A stretch of 62,975 bases of DNA from Burkholderiaceae bacterium (GTDB lineage: Bacteria > Pseudomonadota > Gammaproteobacteria > Burkholderiales > Burkholderiaceae_E): contig JAHEMI010000001.1 of the NCBI GenBank assembly GCA_024643785.1, forward strand, positions 1 through 62,975, given 5' to 3'. Positions 9,316 through 20,133 of this stretch are shown piece by piece. The number at the start of each line of letters is the position of its first letter. Positions within the stretch are counted from its first letter, which is position 1. Under the pieces are notes generated by a model. That model was given only the letters and a program-made list of their open reading frames with translations, did no database searches and was not told where the DNA came from. The translations under genes were made by a program, and so were the position numbers.

Positions 9316-10437
9316 CTACTGGAAGAAGTCCTTGACCCGGTCGGTCCAGCTCTTGGTCTGCGGGCTGTGACGCGGATCGGTGAGCGAGGCGTCGAGCTCG
9401 CGCAGGAGCTTCTTCTGCTGGTCGGTGAGGCGCACCGGAGTTTCGATCACGACGTGGGCGTAGAGATCGCCGGGATAACTCGAACGCAGCCCCTTGATCC
9501 CCTTGCCACGCAGGCGGAAAGTCTTGCCGGACTGGGTCCCCTCGGGCAGGTCGATTTCGGCGCGCCCGGCGAGCGTCGGCACCTGGACCTCTCCGCCCAG
9601 TGCCGCCGCGGTGATCGAGATCGGCACCTCGCAGTGCAGGTCATCGCCATCGCGGGTGAATACCGAGTGCTCGCGAATCCGGATCTCGATGTAGAGATCG
9701 CCCGCGGGCCCGCCGTTGACCCCAGGCTCGCCGTTGCCGGCCGAGCGGATCCGCATCCCGCTGTCGATCCCGGCGGGAATCTTCACTTCCAGCGTCTTGG
9801 TGCGCTTGGTGCGTCCGACCCCGTCGCAGCTTACGCATGGTTCTGCGATCACCTTGCCGGTGCCGTGGCAGGTGGGACAAGTCTGCTGAATCGAGAAGAA
9901 GCCCTGCTGGACGCGGACATTGCCCTGTCCGCCGCAGGTACCGCAAACCTTGGGCTTGGTGCCGGGCTTGGCGCCGCTGCCGTGGCAGGCGCTGCAGCTG
10001 TCCCAGGACGGCACCCTGATTTCGGTGTCGTAGCCCTGGGCCGCCTGCTCGAGCGAGATCTCCATCGCATAGCGCAGATCGGCGCCGCGATAGACGTTGG
10101 AACGCCCGCCGCCGCCGCCGCGGCCGCCGCCGAAAATGTCGCCGAATATGTCGCCGAAGGCGTCACCGAACCCGCCAAATCCCCCGCCCCCCGGACCAGG
10201 CCCGGCGCTCGGGTCGACGCCGGCGTGGCCGAAGCGATCGTAGGCCTCGCGCTTGGCGGAGTCGCTGAGGATCTCGTAGGCGGCCTTGACCTCCTTGAAC
10301 TGCTCCTCGGCGGTCTTGCTGTCGGGGTTGCGGTCGGGGTGGTATTTCATCGCCAGGCGGCGATAGGACTTCTTCAGCTCGTCTTCGCTGGCATTCTTTG
10401 CAACCCCGAGAACCTCGTACAAGTCACGCTTGGCCAT
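9316..10437 (-). CDS. dnaJ: Molecular chaperone DnaJ
   Basis: J-domain with HPD (KYHPDRN), a G/F-rich linker and four CxxCxGxG zinc-finger repeats. Confidence 0.97.
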   Translation of the reverse strand: MAKRDLYEVLGVAKNASEDELKKSYRRLAMKYHPDRNPDSKTAEEQFKEVKAAYEILSDSAKREAYDRFGHAGVDPSAGPGPGGGGFGGFGDAFGDIFGDIFGGGRGGGGGRSNVYRGADLRYAMEISLEQAAQGYDTEIRVPSWDSCSACHGSGAKPGTKPKVCGTCGGQGNVRVQQGFFSIQQTCPTCHGTGKVIAEPCVSCDGVGRTKRTKTLEVKIPAGIDSGMRIRSAGNGEPGVNGGPAGDLYIEIRIREHSVFTRDGDDLHCEVPISITAAALGGEVQVPTLAGRAEIDLPEGTQSGKTFRLRGKGIKGLRSSYPGDLYAHVVIETPVRLTDQQKKLLRELDASLTDPRHSPQTKSWTDRVKDFFQ

Positions 10438-10524
10438 CTGCCCGCCCTTTCAGTCCTTGCTCCGTCAGCCGGGGAGCCGCTTGCCCAGCGGCTCCCCGGC
10501 AATCAACCCGCAGCGCTGCCGGTC

Positions 10525-12474
10525 TTACTCGCCGCGCTTGACTTCCTTGAACTCGGCATCAACCACGTCGTCTTCCTGCGGACGGCGTGCTTCCTGGGCG
10601 CCGGCCGCCTCGGCCGCGTCAGCGGCCGCATCGCCGGCTGCGGCCTTGGCCTGGGCCTCGGCATAGACCTTCTCGCCGAGCTTCTGCGATGCCTCGCCGA
10701 GCGCGGTCGCCTTGGCCTCGATGTCGGCCTGGTCGTCGCCCTTGAGTGATTCCTCCGCGGCCTTGAGCGCTTCCTCGATCTTCGCGCGCTCGTCGGCGTC
10801 AACCTTGTCGCCGTGCTCGGCCAGCGATTTCTTCACGGTGTGCACCAGCGCATCGGCCTGATTGCGGGCGTGCGCCAGTTCGACCCGCTTCTTGTCCTCG
10901 GCGGCGTTGATCTCGGCGTCCTTGACCATGTTGTCGACTTCTTCGTCCGACAGTCCGGAGTTCGCCTTGATGGTGATCTTGTTTTCCTTGCCGGTCGCCT
11001 TGTCACGGGCATGGACGTGCAGGATGCCGTTGGCGTCGATATCGAACGTGACCTCGATCTGCGGCGTGCCGCGCGCTGCCGGCGGAATGCCCTCGAGGTT
11101 GAACTCGCCGAGCGCCTTGTTGCCGGCCGCGACCTCACGCTCGCCCTGGTACACCTTGATGGTCACCGCCGGCTGATTGTCGTCGGCGGTCGAGAACACC
11201 TGGGTGTGCTTGGTCGGGATCGTGGTGTTGCGCTTGATCATCGCGGTCATCACCCCGCCGAGCGTCTCGATGCCGAGCGTCAGCGGCGTGACGTCGAGCA
11301 GCAACACGTCCTTGCGGTCCCCGGCCAGCACCGAAGCCTGTACCGCGGCGCCCACGGCGACAGCCTCGTCGGCGTTGACGTCCTTGCGCGGTTCCTTGCC
11401 GAAGAACGCCTTGACGGTGTCCTGGACCTTGGGCATGCGGGTCATCCCGCCGACCAGGATCACGTCGTCGATATCGGAGGTCTTGATGCCGGCATCCTTG
11501 AGCGCGATCCGGCACGGCTCGACCGTCTGCTGGACCAGCTCATCGACCAGCGACTCGAACTTGGCGCGGGTGATGCGCATTGCCAGATGCTTGGGACCGC
11601 TGGCGTCGGCGGTGATGTAAGGCAGGTTGATCTCGGTCTGCTGGCTCGATGAGAGCTCGATCTTGGCCTTCTCCGCGACGTCCTTCAGGCGCTGGAGCGC
11701 GAGCACGTCCTTGGAGAGGTCGACGCCCTGCTCCTTCTTGAACTCGCCGATCACGTAGTCGATGATCCGCTGGTCGAAGTCCTCGCCGCCGAGGAAGGTA
11801 TCGCCGTTGGTCGAGAGCACCTCGAACTGCTTCTCGCCGTCGACGTTGGCGATCTCGATGATCGAGACGTCGAAGGTGCCGCCGCCGAGGTCATAGACCA
11901 CGATCTTGCGATCCTTGCTGGATTCCTTGTCGAGACCGAACGCCAGCGCCGCCGCCGTCGGCTCGTTGATGATGCGCTTGACCTCGAGCCCGGCGATCTT
12001 GCCGGCGTCCTTGGTGGCCTGGCGCTGGCTATCGTTGAAGTAGGCCGGCACCGTGATCACCGCTTCGGTGACTTCCTCGCCCAGGTAATCCTCGGCGGTC
12101 TTCTTCATCTTGCGCAGGGTCTCGGCCGAGATCTGGGGCGGCGCGAGTTTCTTCTCGCGGACCTCGATCCAGGCGTCGCTGTTGTCGGCCTGGATGATCT
12201 TGTAGGGCATCAGCTTGATGTCCTTTTGCACCGCCTTCTCGGCGAACTTGCGCCCGATCAGGCGCTTGACCGCGTAGATCGTGTTCTGGGCGTTGGTCAC
12301 CGCCTGGCGCTTCGCCGGGGCACCGACCAGGATCTCGCCGTCGGCCATGTAGGCGACGATCGAGGGCGTGGTACGCGCGCCTTCCGAGTTTTCGATCACC
12401 TTGGGCTTGCCACCCTCCATGATCGCCACGCACGAATTGGTCGTGCCCAGGTCAATGCCGATGATCTTCCCCAT
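10525..12474 (-). CDS. dnaK: Molecular chaperone DnaK (Hsp70)
   Basis: [27 protein letters not shown] and a full-length Hsp70 pattern. Confidence 0.98.
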   Translation of the reverse strand: MGKIIGIDLGTTNSCVAIMEGGKPKVIENSEGARTTPSIVAYMADGEILVGAPAKRQAVTNAQNTIYAVKRLIGRKFAEKAVQKDIKLMPYKIIQADNSDAWIEVREKKLAPPQISAETLRKMKKTAEDYLGEEVTEAVITVPAYFNDSQRQATKDAGKIAGLEVKRIINEPTAAALAFGLDKESSKDRKIVVYDLGGGTFDVSIIEIANVDGEKQFEVLSTNGDTFLGGEDFDQRIIDYVIGEFKKEQGVDLSKDVLALQRLKDVAEKAKIELSSSQQTEINLPYITADASGPKHLAMRITRAKFESLVDELVQQTVEPCRIALKDAGIKTSDIDDVILVGGMTRMPKVQDTVKAFFGKEPRKDVNADEAVAVGAAVQASVLAGDRKDVLLLDVTPLTLGIETLGGVMTAMIKRNTTIPTKHTQVFSTADDNQPAVTIKVYQGEREVAAGNKALGEFNLEGIPPAARGTPQIEVTFDIDANGILHVHARDKATGKENKITIKANSGLSDEEVDNMVKDAEINAAEDKKRVELAHARNQADALVHTVKKSLAEHGDKVDADERAKIEEALKAAEESLKGDDQADIEAKATALGEASQKLGEKVYAEAQAKAAAGDAAADAAEAAGAQEARRPQEDDVVDAEFKEVKRGE

Positions 12475-12519
12475 GGTATTTCCTCTATTCGTTTGTTCAG
12501 TTCGTGAACCCTGCCCCCC

Positions 12520-12548
12520 ACATGGGGTCCACAGGTTCGGGTTTCAAG
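12520..12548 (-). promoter_or_regulatory. Sigma32 (RpoH)-type heat-shock promoter upstream of dnaK
   Basis: Minus strand reads CTTGAAA-(14 nt)-CCCCATGT, close to the CTTGAAA/CCCCATnT consensus, about 45 nt upstream of the dnaK ATG. Confidence 0.6.
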
Positions 12549-12579
12549 CTTTGCGCGCTCCTGCCGGCCTGGTCATCAC

Positions 12580-13182
12580 CTAGGCCTGGGCGACGATTAC
12601 CAGTGCCGGACGCAGGATGCGATCGTGGATCAGGTAGCCCTTCTGCAGCACCACGGCGACGTGGTCAGGTGCAACCGGGGGGTTGGTCTGCCCGGCCGCG
12701 ACGGTGGAAATCGCCTGGTGCCGGTTGGGATCGAACTTCTCGCCCTGGGGGTCGACAGCGACAACCTTGTTTCTCTCGAACACCGAATCGAGCTGGCGCA
12801 GGGTCACCTGGGCACCCTCGACCAGGCTCTCGACCGAGGGCTTCTCGACCTTAAGCGCCATCTCCAGGCTGTCGCGGACCGCGAGCAGACCCTCGGCAAA
12901 GGCCTCGATGCCGAACTTGTGGGCGCGGGCGACGTCGTCCTGCAGCCGGCGGCGCAGGTTTTCCATCTCGGCAACCGTGCGCACGTAGCGCTCGTAGTAC
13001 TCGCTGGCCTTGGCCTCGGCTTCGGCGAGGCGCTGGGGCAATTCCTTGAGCTCGTCGGGCGAGCGCGCGGCATCCGCCTCGGACACCGGCACCTGGCTGG
13101 CCCCGTCGCCGGATTCCTGTTCCGCCCCGTTGGGCGTGGCGGCTGCCGGCCCCTTCTGGTCCGCGGGCTTGTCTGCTTGCAT
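12580..13182 (-). CDS. grpE: Nucleotide exchange factor GrpE
   Basis: GrpE core (RTVAEMENLRRR.., FDPNRHQAIS, V..VLQKGY). AGGA RBS ahead of the ATG at 13180-13182. Confidence 0.95.
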   Translation of the reverse strand: MQADKPADQKGPAAATPNGAEQESGDGASQVPVSEADAARSPDELKELPQRLAEAEAKASEYYERYVRTVAEMENLRRRLQDDVARAHKFGIEAFAEGLLAVRDSLEMALKVEKPSVESLVEGAQVTLRQLDSVFERNKVVAVDPQGEKFDPNRHQAISTVAAGQTNPPVAPDHVAVVLQKGYLIHDRILRPALVIVAQA

Positions 13183-13238
13183 GAGGTCCTCTGAATCAAA
13201 TCAAGGAGTTAACCAATGCCGCTGGCGGCATCCTTGGG

Positions 13239-13267
13239 ATGTGGGGACACCCGGAGGGCATTTCAAG
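13239..13267 (-). promoter_or_regulatory. Sigma32 (RpoH)-type heat-shock promoter upstream of grpE
   Basis: Minus strand reads CTTGAAA-(14 nt)-CCCCACAT, about 55 nt upstream of the grpE ATG. Confidence 0.6.
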
Positions 13268-13356
13268 TGGGGCAATGCAGGAATCGTCCTGCCGGCGCGG
13301 CCCGCCAGCGCCGCGCCGTGGAGTGAGCGCGGCCGGCGCCCGGGGGCAGCCGCGGG

Positions 13357-14469
13357 TCAGTCGGGCGCGCCGAGCGCCTTGGCGCGCTTGCGCCGGGCTT
13401 CCAGTTCGAGCCGGTCGCCGGCGGCTTCTTCGTCGTCGCGCCAGCGCGTCGGCCAGCCCTCGAGATTCTGTTCGACCAGACCGGCAAGCGCATCGATGAG
13501 CGCGGTCGACTGGTTGAGGCAGGGCAGGTAGCGGAAATCCTTGCCGCCCGCCTCGATGAAACTCTGCTTGCCCTCGATCGCGATTTCCTCGAGCGTCTCG
13601 AGACAATCGCTGACGAAACCCGGACAGACCACGTCGACCCGGCGCACGCCCTGCTTGCCCAGTGCCGCCAGCGTCGGCGCGGTGTAAGGTTCGAGCCAGG
13701 CGGCACGGCCAAAGCGCGACTGGAAGCTCAGCACGTAGTCTTCTTCGCGCAATCCGAGCCGCTGGGCCAGCAGCCGCGCGCTCAACTGGCATTCGCAGTA
13801 GTAGGGGTCGCCCAGGTGCAGGGTCCGGCGCGGCATGCCATGAAAGCTCATCACCAACCGCTCGGGCGGGCCATCCTGGAGCCAGGACTGCTCGATGCTG
13901 CGCGCCATGGCCTCGATCCAGCCGGGATCAGCCGGGAAACTGCGCACGGTGCGCAGTTCCGGAACATTGCGCCACTGCGCCAGTTCCGCGAAGACCGCGT
14001 CGCACGCCGTGCCGCTGGTCGCCCCCGAGTACTGGGGATAGAGCGGCAACACCAGCAGTCGGGTGACATTGCGCTCGCGCAACTCGCGCATCACCGCGGG
14101 AATCGACGGTTCGCCGTAGCGCATCGCATAGGCCACCTCGACGTCCTGGCCGCGCTGACCCAGTTCACCGCGCAAGAGCTTGGCCTGGGCCGCCGTGTGA
14201 ACCGCCAGCGGCGAGCCTTCGGCTGACCAGATCAGCGAGTACTTGCGCGCCGAGCGCGCCGGCCGCACCCGCAGGATGATGCCGTGCAGTATCGGCAGCC
14301 ACAGCAGTCGCGGGATTTCCACCACCCGCGGGTCGGCGAGGAACTCGGCCAGATAGCGCCGCACCGCGCCGGCCTCGGGCTGCGCCGGGGTGCCCAGCTG
14401 AACCGCCAGCACTGCCGTGCGTGGCGGCTGCGAATGGTCGAAATGCTCTGGTCGCGTGAAACGGTTCAT
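13357..14469 (-). CDS. hemH: Ferrochelatase
   Basis: Ferrochelatase pattern (LLVLPLYPQYSGATS, MSFHGMP, CPGFVSDCLETLEEI). Confidence 0.93.
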   Translation of the reverse strand: MNRFTRPEHFDHSQPPRTAVLAVQLGTPAQPEAGAVRRYLAEFLADPRVVEIPRLLWLPILHGIILRVRPARSARKYSLIWSAEGSPLAVHTAAQAKLLRGELGQRGQDVEVAYAMRYGEPSIPAVMRELRERNVTRLLVLPLYPQYSGATSGTACDAVFAELAQWRNVPELRTVRSFPADPGWIEAMARSIEQSWLQDGPPERLVMSFHGMPRRTLHLGDPYYCECQLSARLLAQRLGLREEDYVLSFQSRFGRAAWLEPYTAPTLAALGKQGVRRVDVVCPGFVSDCLETLEEIAIEGKQSFIEAGGKDFRYLPCLNQSTALIDALAGLVEQNLEGWPTRWRDDEEAAGDRLELEARRKRAKALGAPD

Positions 14470-14491
14470 GGTCTGGTGATTGTGCTCGTGG

Positions 14492-15523
14492 TTAGCCGCG
14501 GCCCGGACTGAGCGCGCTCGATACCAGCCGCGCGGTGATATCGACGATCGGGATCACTCGCTCGTAGGCCATCCTGGTGGGTCCGATCACCCCCAGCGTG
14601 CCGACGATCCGCCCGTCGACCTCATAGGGCGCGACCACGACGCTGAGCCGATCCATCGGCACCAGTTCCGATTCCCCGCCGATGAAGATCTGTACCCCGT
14701 GCGCGCGCCCGGACACGTCGAGCAGCTGCAGCAACGCGGTGCGCTTCTCGAACAGGTCGAAGAGCCCGCGCAGCCGGTCCATGCTGTCGGCCAGGTCGCT
14801 GACGTCCATCAGGTTGCGCTCACCCGAGATCACTACCGGATCGGACTCCTCGTGCAGAGCCTCGTCGCTGGCATCGAGCGCCCTGTGCATCAGCCGGTCG
14901 ATGTCGTCGCGCAAGCCCATCAGTTCGTTCTTGAGCTTGGCGCGGATTTCCTCGAAGGGCAAACCGGCGAAATGATGGTTGATGTAGTTGGCCGCCTCGA
15001 CCAGTTCGGTGGGCAGGTATTCGCGTTCGACGTAGAGGATCCGGTTCTGGACGTCGCCATCGGGCGTGACGATGATCATCAGGATGCGGCGCTCGGAGAG
15101 GCGCAGGAACTCGATCATCCGGAAGCGCGACGAGCGCCGCGGCGTCTTGACCACCCCGGCGAAATGCGACAACTGCGACAGCAGCCCGGCAGCAGTGGCG
15201 AGCACCCGATGGGGCTGCTCGGCACCGAGCTGTTCCTGGATCTCCTCGGTCTGCCCGACACGCAGCGGCTCAACCGTGAGCAGGGTATCGACGAAGAGCC
15301 GGTAACCGCGCGGCGTCGGCACCCGCCCGGCCGAAGTATGCGGGCTCGCAACGAGCCCGAGATCCTCGAGGTCGGCCATCACGTTGCGCACCGTGGCCGG
15401 CGAGAGGTCGAGTCCCGAGTGGCGCGACAAGGTGCGCGAACCGACCGGGTGACCCTCGGCAACATAGCGTTCGACCAGCGCCTTCAGGAGCGCCTTGGAG
15501 CGTGAATCGAGCATGCCTTTCAT
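14492..15523 (-). CDS. hrcA: Heat-inducible transcription repressor HrcA
   Basis: M(KG)[30 protein letters not shown] is a typical HrcA N-terminus. Start is ATG 15521-15523 (overlapping the antiporter stop as ATGA) or ATG 15512-15514. The 659-aa track ORF is an upstream extension. Confidence 0.92.
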   Translation of the reverse strand: MKGMLDSRSKALLKALVERYVAEGHPVGSRTLSRHSGLDLSPATVRNVMADLEDLGLVASPHTSAGRVPTPRGYRLFVDTLLTVEPLRVGQTEEIQEQLGAEQPHRVLATAAGLLSQLSHFAGVVKTPRRSSRFRMIEFLRLSERRILMIIVTPDGDVQNRILYVEREYLPTELVEAANYINHHFAGLPFEEIRAKLKNELMGLRDDIDRLMHRALDASDEALHEESDPVVISGERNLMDVSDLADSMDRLRGLFDLFEKRTALLQLLDVSGRAHGVQIFIGGESELVPMDRLSVVVAPYEVDGRIVGTLGVIGPTRMAYERVIPIVDITARLVSSALSPGRG

Positions 15524-17355
15524 TCTACTTCGGCCTTGGCTGGCCGCCGCCGCTGGGGTGCCGCAGCGGCTTCGGCCTCGACGGTGGCGCGGGGCCAAAG
15601 CGAAACCACCAGCCAGTCTTCCTTGAGCGTCGGCCGGGAATGGTCGCTGAACGGATGCAGCCGGCCGCGCGGATCGATCCCGAGCAGCGCAATGAATTCT
15701 CCCGGGATCGAGTTGCGCCAATCCCAGTAGCCATACTCCTCGGTCAGCCTGGTGCTGCGGAACTCGGCGCCTTCGGCAACCATCCTGCTCCACTGCCCAT
15801 GGGTGAACTCTGCGCCGAACAAGTCGGCGACCTGCAGGTTGCCGGGCATCTCGTGGGTGTCGCGGCCCTGGTCCTCGTCGGCATGGAGTGCGAAGATGGC
15901 GTTGACGCCGATTTCCGGCCGCAGATGCAGGCACGCCAGGGTGTTCTGGTCGGGCCGGTCGGTCATCGCGAACAGCCAGCCGATGCTGCCCATGTCGATC
16001 TTCTCTTCGGCGTGTTCCGAGACCACCCGCCCGTAATAGGCGGCGAACCCGTCCATCCGGGCGCGCCGGACATCGGCCCAGTTGGTATCGGCCAGGGTCA
16101 CCGTGAAGCCCAGGTCGCGCAGTTTCCTGGCGAACGCCCGGTTGGCCTGGCCGGCCCCGACGATCAGGACCCCGCGCGGCTCCGGATTGGCGAGATCGAG
16201 GCGCCGCGCCACCTGCCCGGCGGTAGCGCTCTGCAGCACCACGGTCGCGATGATCACCGAGAAGGTCACCGGCACCAGCAACTCCGCCCCCGGGACGCCC
16301 AGTTCGATCAGTTCGAGTGCGAACAGCGAGGCCACCGAGGCCGCCACTATCCCGCGCGGCGAGATCCAGCTGATCAGCAACTTCTCGCGCATCGAAAGCT
16401 GCGAGAAGACCGTGCTGACGAACACCGCGATCGGCCGGATCACGAAGATGACCGCGATCAGGAACAGCCACAGCCCCCAGTCGAGGCGCCGGAATTCGTC
16501 GAAGTCGAGTCGCGCCGCGAGCACGATGAACAGCACGGCCACCAGCAGCAGCGTCAGGCTCTCCTTGAAATCAAGGATGTCCTCGACATTGAGCCGCCTG
16601 GTGTTGGCGAGCGTCATCCCCATCACGGTTACCGCCAGCAACCCGGCTTCATGGGCGACCTGATTGGCCGTAACGAAGGCGGCAAGCACCAGCGCCAGGG
16701 CCACCACGTCGCGCAGGTACCAGGGGATCAGATGACGGCGCAACATCTGCGCCAGGGCCCAGGCAGCGACGAAACCGCAGACCAGCCCGGCGCCGAGCAG
16801 CATGGCAAAGGTATTCCAGAGGTCGTCGATCCCCTTGGTGCGCACGAACCCGACCACCAGTACCGCCAGGATGGCGCCGATCGGATCGATGATGATCCCT
16901 TCCCAGCGCAGGGCGTTCGAGACCGCGCTCCTGGGACGGATGGCGCGCAGCATCGGTACCACCACGGTCGGGCCGGTAACCGTGCAGATCGCGCCGATCA
17001 GCATTGCGATCGGCCAGTCGATGCCCATGAGCAGGTGGGCGGAGCCGGCGATAAGCGCGAAGGTGATCGCCGCGCCGACGGTGACCAGCCCCCAGACTGC
17101 GACCCCGATGCCCTTGAGTTCCGACCAACGCAGCGTCAGGCTGCCTTCGAAGAGAATCACCGCCACCGAGAGCGAGACCACCGGGAACAACGCCTGACCG
17201 TAGAGCTGGTCCGGGGCGACCCAGCCGGTCACCGGCCCGGCAACTATGCCGATCAGCAGCAGGAACAGGATGGCCGGCAACTTGAGGCGCCATGCCAGCC
17301 AGTGAGCCAGCACCCCGAGTACGACCACCGCGGTGAGCACCAGCGCGATATTCAC
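15520..17355 (-). CDS. Cation:proton antiporter (NhaP/CPA1-type Na+/H+ exchanger) with C-terminal TrkA-N-like NAD-binding domain
   Basis: Ten or more hydrophobic segments in an Na_H_exchanger pattern ([11 protein letters not shown].., GPTVVVPML). C-terminal Rossmann segment [24 protein letters not shown] start at 17353-17355. Confidence 0.85.
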   Translation of the reverse strand: MNIALVLTAVVVLGVLAHWLAWRLKLPAILFLLLIGIVAGPVTGWVAPDQLYGQALFPVVSLSVAVILFEGSLTLRWSELKGIGVAVWGLVTVGAAITFALIAGSAHLLMGIDWPIAMLIGAICTVTGPTVVVPMLRAIRPRSAVSNALRWEGIIIDPIGAILAVLVVGFVRTKGIDDLWNTFAMLLGAGLVCGFVAAWALAQMLRRHLIPWYLRDVVALALVLAAFVTANQVAHEAGLLAVTVMGMTLANTRRLNVEDILDFKESLTLLLVAVLFIVLAARLDFDEFRRLDWGLWLFLIAVIFVIRPIAVFVSTVFSQLSMREKLLISWISPRGIVAASVASLFALELIELGVPGAELLVPVTFSVIIATVVLQSATAGQVARRLDLANPEPRGVLIVGAGQANRAFARKLRDLGFTVTLADTNWADVRRARMDGFAAYYGRVVSEHAEEKIDMGSIGWLFAMTDRPDQNTLACLHLRPEIGVNAIFALHADEDQGRDTHEMPGNLQVADLFGAEFTHGQWSRMVAEGAEFRSTRLTEEYGYWDWRNSIPGEFIALLGIDPRGRLHPFSDHSRPTLKEDWLVVSLWPRATVEAEAAAAPQRRRPAKAEVE

Positions 17356-17357
17356 GC

Positions 17358-18548
17358 TCAGTGCTCCTTGCGATCGGGTCCGGACTTAGCGTCTTCGGCC
17401 TCGGCGCGGGCTGCCGCCTCGCGTTCCAGTTCGCGCTCTCGTTCCTCGCGATCTTCCTCGATCTCGCGCACCGCGTCGGCAATCGCGTCGTTCTTCTGCA
17501 GTTCGCGGCGTTCGTCGCTGGCGATATGAACCTCGGGAGCAGCGTGCGAACGCGCTGCCTCGACGCCCTTGGTGAGGCCGAGCGCGGCCAGCGCCTCCTC
17601 CTCGTTCAGACCGAAGAGCCGGCGCACGTTGAGATCACGCTGCGGGAACGGGATTTCCAGCCCGTAGCGTCCCAGCGCCGACTCGATAGCCCAGTTGTAG
17701 GCGGCGTTCACGGTCCGCGGTCGCTTGACCGCATCCGGATTGAGCCAGACCACCAGCTCGAAGTTCAGGCTGCTGTCGCCAAATTCGGTCAGCCAGACCT
17801 GCGGGCGGCGCGACTGCGGCTCACTGAGCGTGAACGGCACTTCTGCTGCCGCTTCCAGCGCCGCCTTCTTGACCAGTTCCTTGTCGCTGCCGTAGGCCAC
17901 GCCAAAGGGAATCCGCCAGCGCCGTGAAGCTTCGCGCAGCGTCCAGTTGGTCACCGTGCCGCTGACGAAGTCGGAGTTGGGGACGATGATGTCGATGTTG
18001 TCGTTGGTCGTGATCCTGGTGCTGCGGATGCTGATTTCCTTGACCTCGCCGCGCGCGCCGGAACCGAGCTCGACGAAGTCGCCGATCTTGAGGCTTTGCT
18101 CGAACAGCAGGATCAGGCCGGACACCAGGTTGTTGATGATCTGCTGCAGGCCAAATCCCAGGCCGATGCCGATCGCGCTTGCCAGCAGCGTGACCTTGCC
18201 GACGTCCACCCCGATCATCGAGAGCGCGATCATCAGCCCGATTACCAGCAGCGCGTAATGCAGCAACCGGCCGATCGCGTAGAACGCGGCATGGTTGTAA
18301 CTCGGCCGGCTGCTCGAGAAACGCTCCAGCCCGCGGCGCACGGAGAGCGACACCAGCCAGGCACCGAATAGGATTAGCAGCGCGCTGCCGAAGTCTAGTG
18401 CCGACAGCTTGACCCCGCCGATTTCGACCAAGCCACGGTTGAGCCAGGAGCCCAGGGTGTCGAGGACTCCCTCGTCGGCACGGGCCCAGGCCGGCGTCGC
18501 GGTCACGGCGCAGGCAATGGTCCAGAACCACGCAAATATTCTCGTCAA
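17358..18548 (-). CDS. Mechanosensitive ion channel (MscS family) with signal-like N-terminus and charged C-terminal tail
   Basis: MscS core (LQQIINNLVSGLILLFEQSLKIGDFVELG..GEVKEISIRSTRITTNDNIDIIVPNSDF). I propose TTG at 18546-18548 (GGAG 6 nt upstream), which gives MTRIFAWFWTIACAVTATPAWA. Alternative starts are 18620 and 18659. Confidence 0.82.
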   Translation of the reverse strand: MTRIFAWFWTIACAVTATPAWARADEGVLDTLGSWLNRGLVEIGGVKLSALDFGSALLILFGAWLVSLSVRRGLERFSSSRPSYNHAAFYAIGRLLHYALLVIGLMIALSMIGVDVGKVTLLASAIGIGLGFGLQQIINNLVSGLILLFEQSLKIGDFVELGSGARGEVKEISIRSTRITTNDNIDIIVPNSDFVSGTVTNWTLREASRRWRIPFGVAYGSDKELVKKAALEAAAEVPFTLSEPQSRRPQVWLTEFGDSSLNFELVVWLNPDAVKRPRTVNAAYNWAIESALGRYGLEIPFPQRDLNVRRLFGLNEEEALAALGLTKGVEAARSHAAPEVHIASDERRELQKNDAIADAVREIEEDREERERELEREAAARAEAEDAKSGPDRKEH

Positions 18549-18697
18549 GTCGATCTCCGCGCCTAGTCGAATCCTGCCTACCTTAACGTGGCACGCGGCT
18601 TTCGCCGAGTGCCAGCCCATTCTATACTGAGGGTCTTCACAGACGCCGGAATTCACCACTGCCGCAAACGTGGTCCGGCCTAGCCAAGGAGCCAGCG

Positions 18698-19141
18698 ATG
18701 TATCGTTCGATTCTCGTGGTTACCGAAGGAACTCCGCTTTCTCGGAAGGCGGTCAAGGCGGCACTGAGGATGGCGCACAATTTTGGCGCCAAAGTCACCG
18801 CGCTGAACGTTCAGCCCCCGTACCAGCCGCCCATCGCCGGCGAAGTTCCGGCGGCATTCCTGCACAACCCTGCCGAGTACGACCAGATTGCCCGTGAAGC
18901 ATCGGCCAAGATCCTCGCCGATGTATCCACGATGGCCGCCAAGCTCGAGGTCCCGACCACCACCGTGACGGTGTTCGACCACAGCATCTACAAGGCGATT
19001 ATCCGCACTGCCAAGACCCGCCGCTGCGACCTGATCGTGATGGCCTCGCACGGGCGCCGCGGCATCCGGGGCATCCTGCTCGGCAGTGAAACCCAGAAGG
19101 TGCTGACCCACTGCCAGATCCCGGTGCTGGTTCACCGCTAG
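18698..19141 (+). CDS. Universal stress protein (UspA family)
   Basis: AAGGAG RBS ahead of the start. Usp pattern with a C-terminal ATP-binding motif (VMASHGRRGIRGILLGSETQKVL). Confidence 0.85.
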   Translation: MYRSILVVTEGTPLSRKAVKAALRMAHNFGAKVTALNVQPPYQPPIAGEVPAAFLHNPAEYDQIAREASAKILADVSTMAAKLEVPTTTVTVFDHSIYKAIIRTAKTRRCDLIVMASHGRRGIRGILLGSETQKVLTHCQIPVLVHR

Positions 19142-19161
19142 AACGTCGTTAGCCCGGATGG

Positions 19162-19198
19162 CTGGCCCCGGCGGCTGCGTCCTGCAGCCAGGGGCCAG
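19162..19198 (+). terminator. GC-rich hairpin after usp (no U-tract)
   Basis: CTGGCCCCGGCGGCTGC-GTCC-TGCAGCC-AGGGGCCAG, an imperfect inverted repeat directly after the usp stop. Confidence 0.35.
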
Positions 19199-19228
19199 GG
19201 CGGGCGTCGATGTGATCTAATCGCCCGC

Positions 19229-20119
19229 ATGGTCCAAGCATTTCGTCACGTCGCATTGATCGGCCGCCATGAGAGCGAGGGGGTGCGCACGACCCTGCTC
19301 GAAATTGCGGAAATGATCTCCGAGCGCGGGGCCGAGGTTCTGATCGAAGCCCAGACCGCGCAGTCGATCGGCAGCCAGCGCTTCACGGCCGCGAGCATGG
19401 CCAGGATTGCGCGCGAGGCCGACCTGGCGATTTCGATCGGCGGCGACGGCACCATGCTCGGTGTCGCGCGCAGCCTGGCGGCGTCACGGGTCCAACTGGT
19501 GGGGATCAATCACGGACGGCTCGGCTTCATCACCGACATCTCGCTGGCCGACTGGCGCAGCGCCCTGTCGGCGATCCTTGACGGAGTCTACGACGCGGAA
19601 GACCGGACGCTGCTGAGCGCCCGCGCCATGCGCGACGGCACCGAGATCTGGCACGACATCTGCCTCAACGACGTGGTGGTGAGCCGTTCGTCGCGCTCCG
19701 GCATGATCGAGCTGCAGGTCGACGTCGACGGCGTCTACATGTACAACCAGCGTGCCGACGGCCTGATCGTGGCGACCCCGACGGGCTCGACCGCCTACGC
19801 GCTGTCGGCCAATGGCCCGATCCTGCACCCGGAACTGGCCGGAATCGTGCTCGTGCCGGTGGCGCCCCAGGCCCTGTCCAATCGGCCGATCGCGCTGCCC
19901 GACAACGTCGAGGTGCGCATCAAGGTGATCGAGGCCAGCGAGCCGCGGGTGAGTTGCGACATGCAGGTGTTCGGAGATCTGCAGGTGGGAGACGAGATCG
20001 TGGTGCGCCGCGCGCCCTTCACCTGCCGTTTCCTGCATCCCAAGAACCACAATCACTACGCGACGCTGCGCAGCAAGCTCAACTGGCACGAACTGCCAAT
20101 CCTCCAGCGGCCCGACTGA
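19229..20119 (+). CDS. nadK: NAD+ kinase
   Basis: GGDGTMLG motif and NAD-kinase fold pattern (TPTGSTAYALSANGPI). Confidence 0.93.
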   Translation: MVQAFRHVALIGRHESEGVRTTLLEIAEMISERGAEVLIEAQTAQSIGSQRFTAASMARIAREADLAISIGGDGTMLGVARSLAASRVQLVGINHGRLGFITDISLADWRSALSAILDGVYDAEDRTLLSARAMRDGTEIWHDICLNDVVVSRSSRSGMIELQVDVDGVYMYNQRADGLIVATPTGSTAYALSANGPILHPELAGIVLVPVAPQALSNRPIALPDNVEVRIKVIEASEPRVSCDMQVFGDLQVGDEIVVRRAPFTCRFLHPKNHNHYATLRSKLNWHELPILQRPD

Positions 20120-20133
20120 GCGGGGGAGCTGCC

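Noticed and set aside
14492-16471. Track ORFs much longer than the real genes. Examples: the 659-aa hrcA ORF, 578 aa at 41127-42863, 786 aa at 6186-8546, 1027 aa at 1574-4657, 411 aa at 53348-54583 and 331 aa at 43411-44406.
   Set aside because: The N-terminal parts are Arg/Pro-rich nonsense that runs through the upstream gene. Conserved family N-termini with an RBS or start/stop overlap occur internally, so the genes were trimmed to those starts.
18589-18604. Sigma54-like element TGGCACGCGGCTTTCG upstream of the usp gene.
   Set aside because: The -12 element reads TTTC instead of TTGC, so the critical GC dinucleotide is lost or shifted. There is no enhancer-binding-protein gene nearby. I treat it as a chance match in GC-rich DNA.
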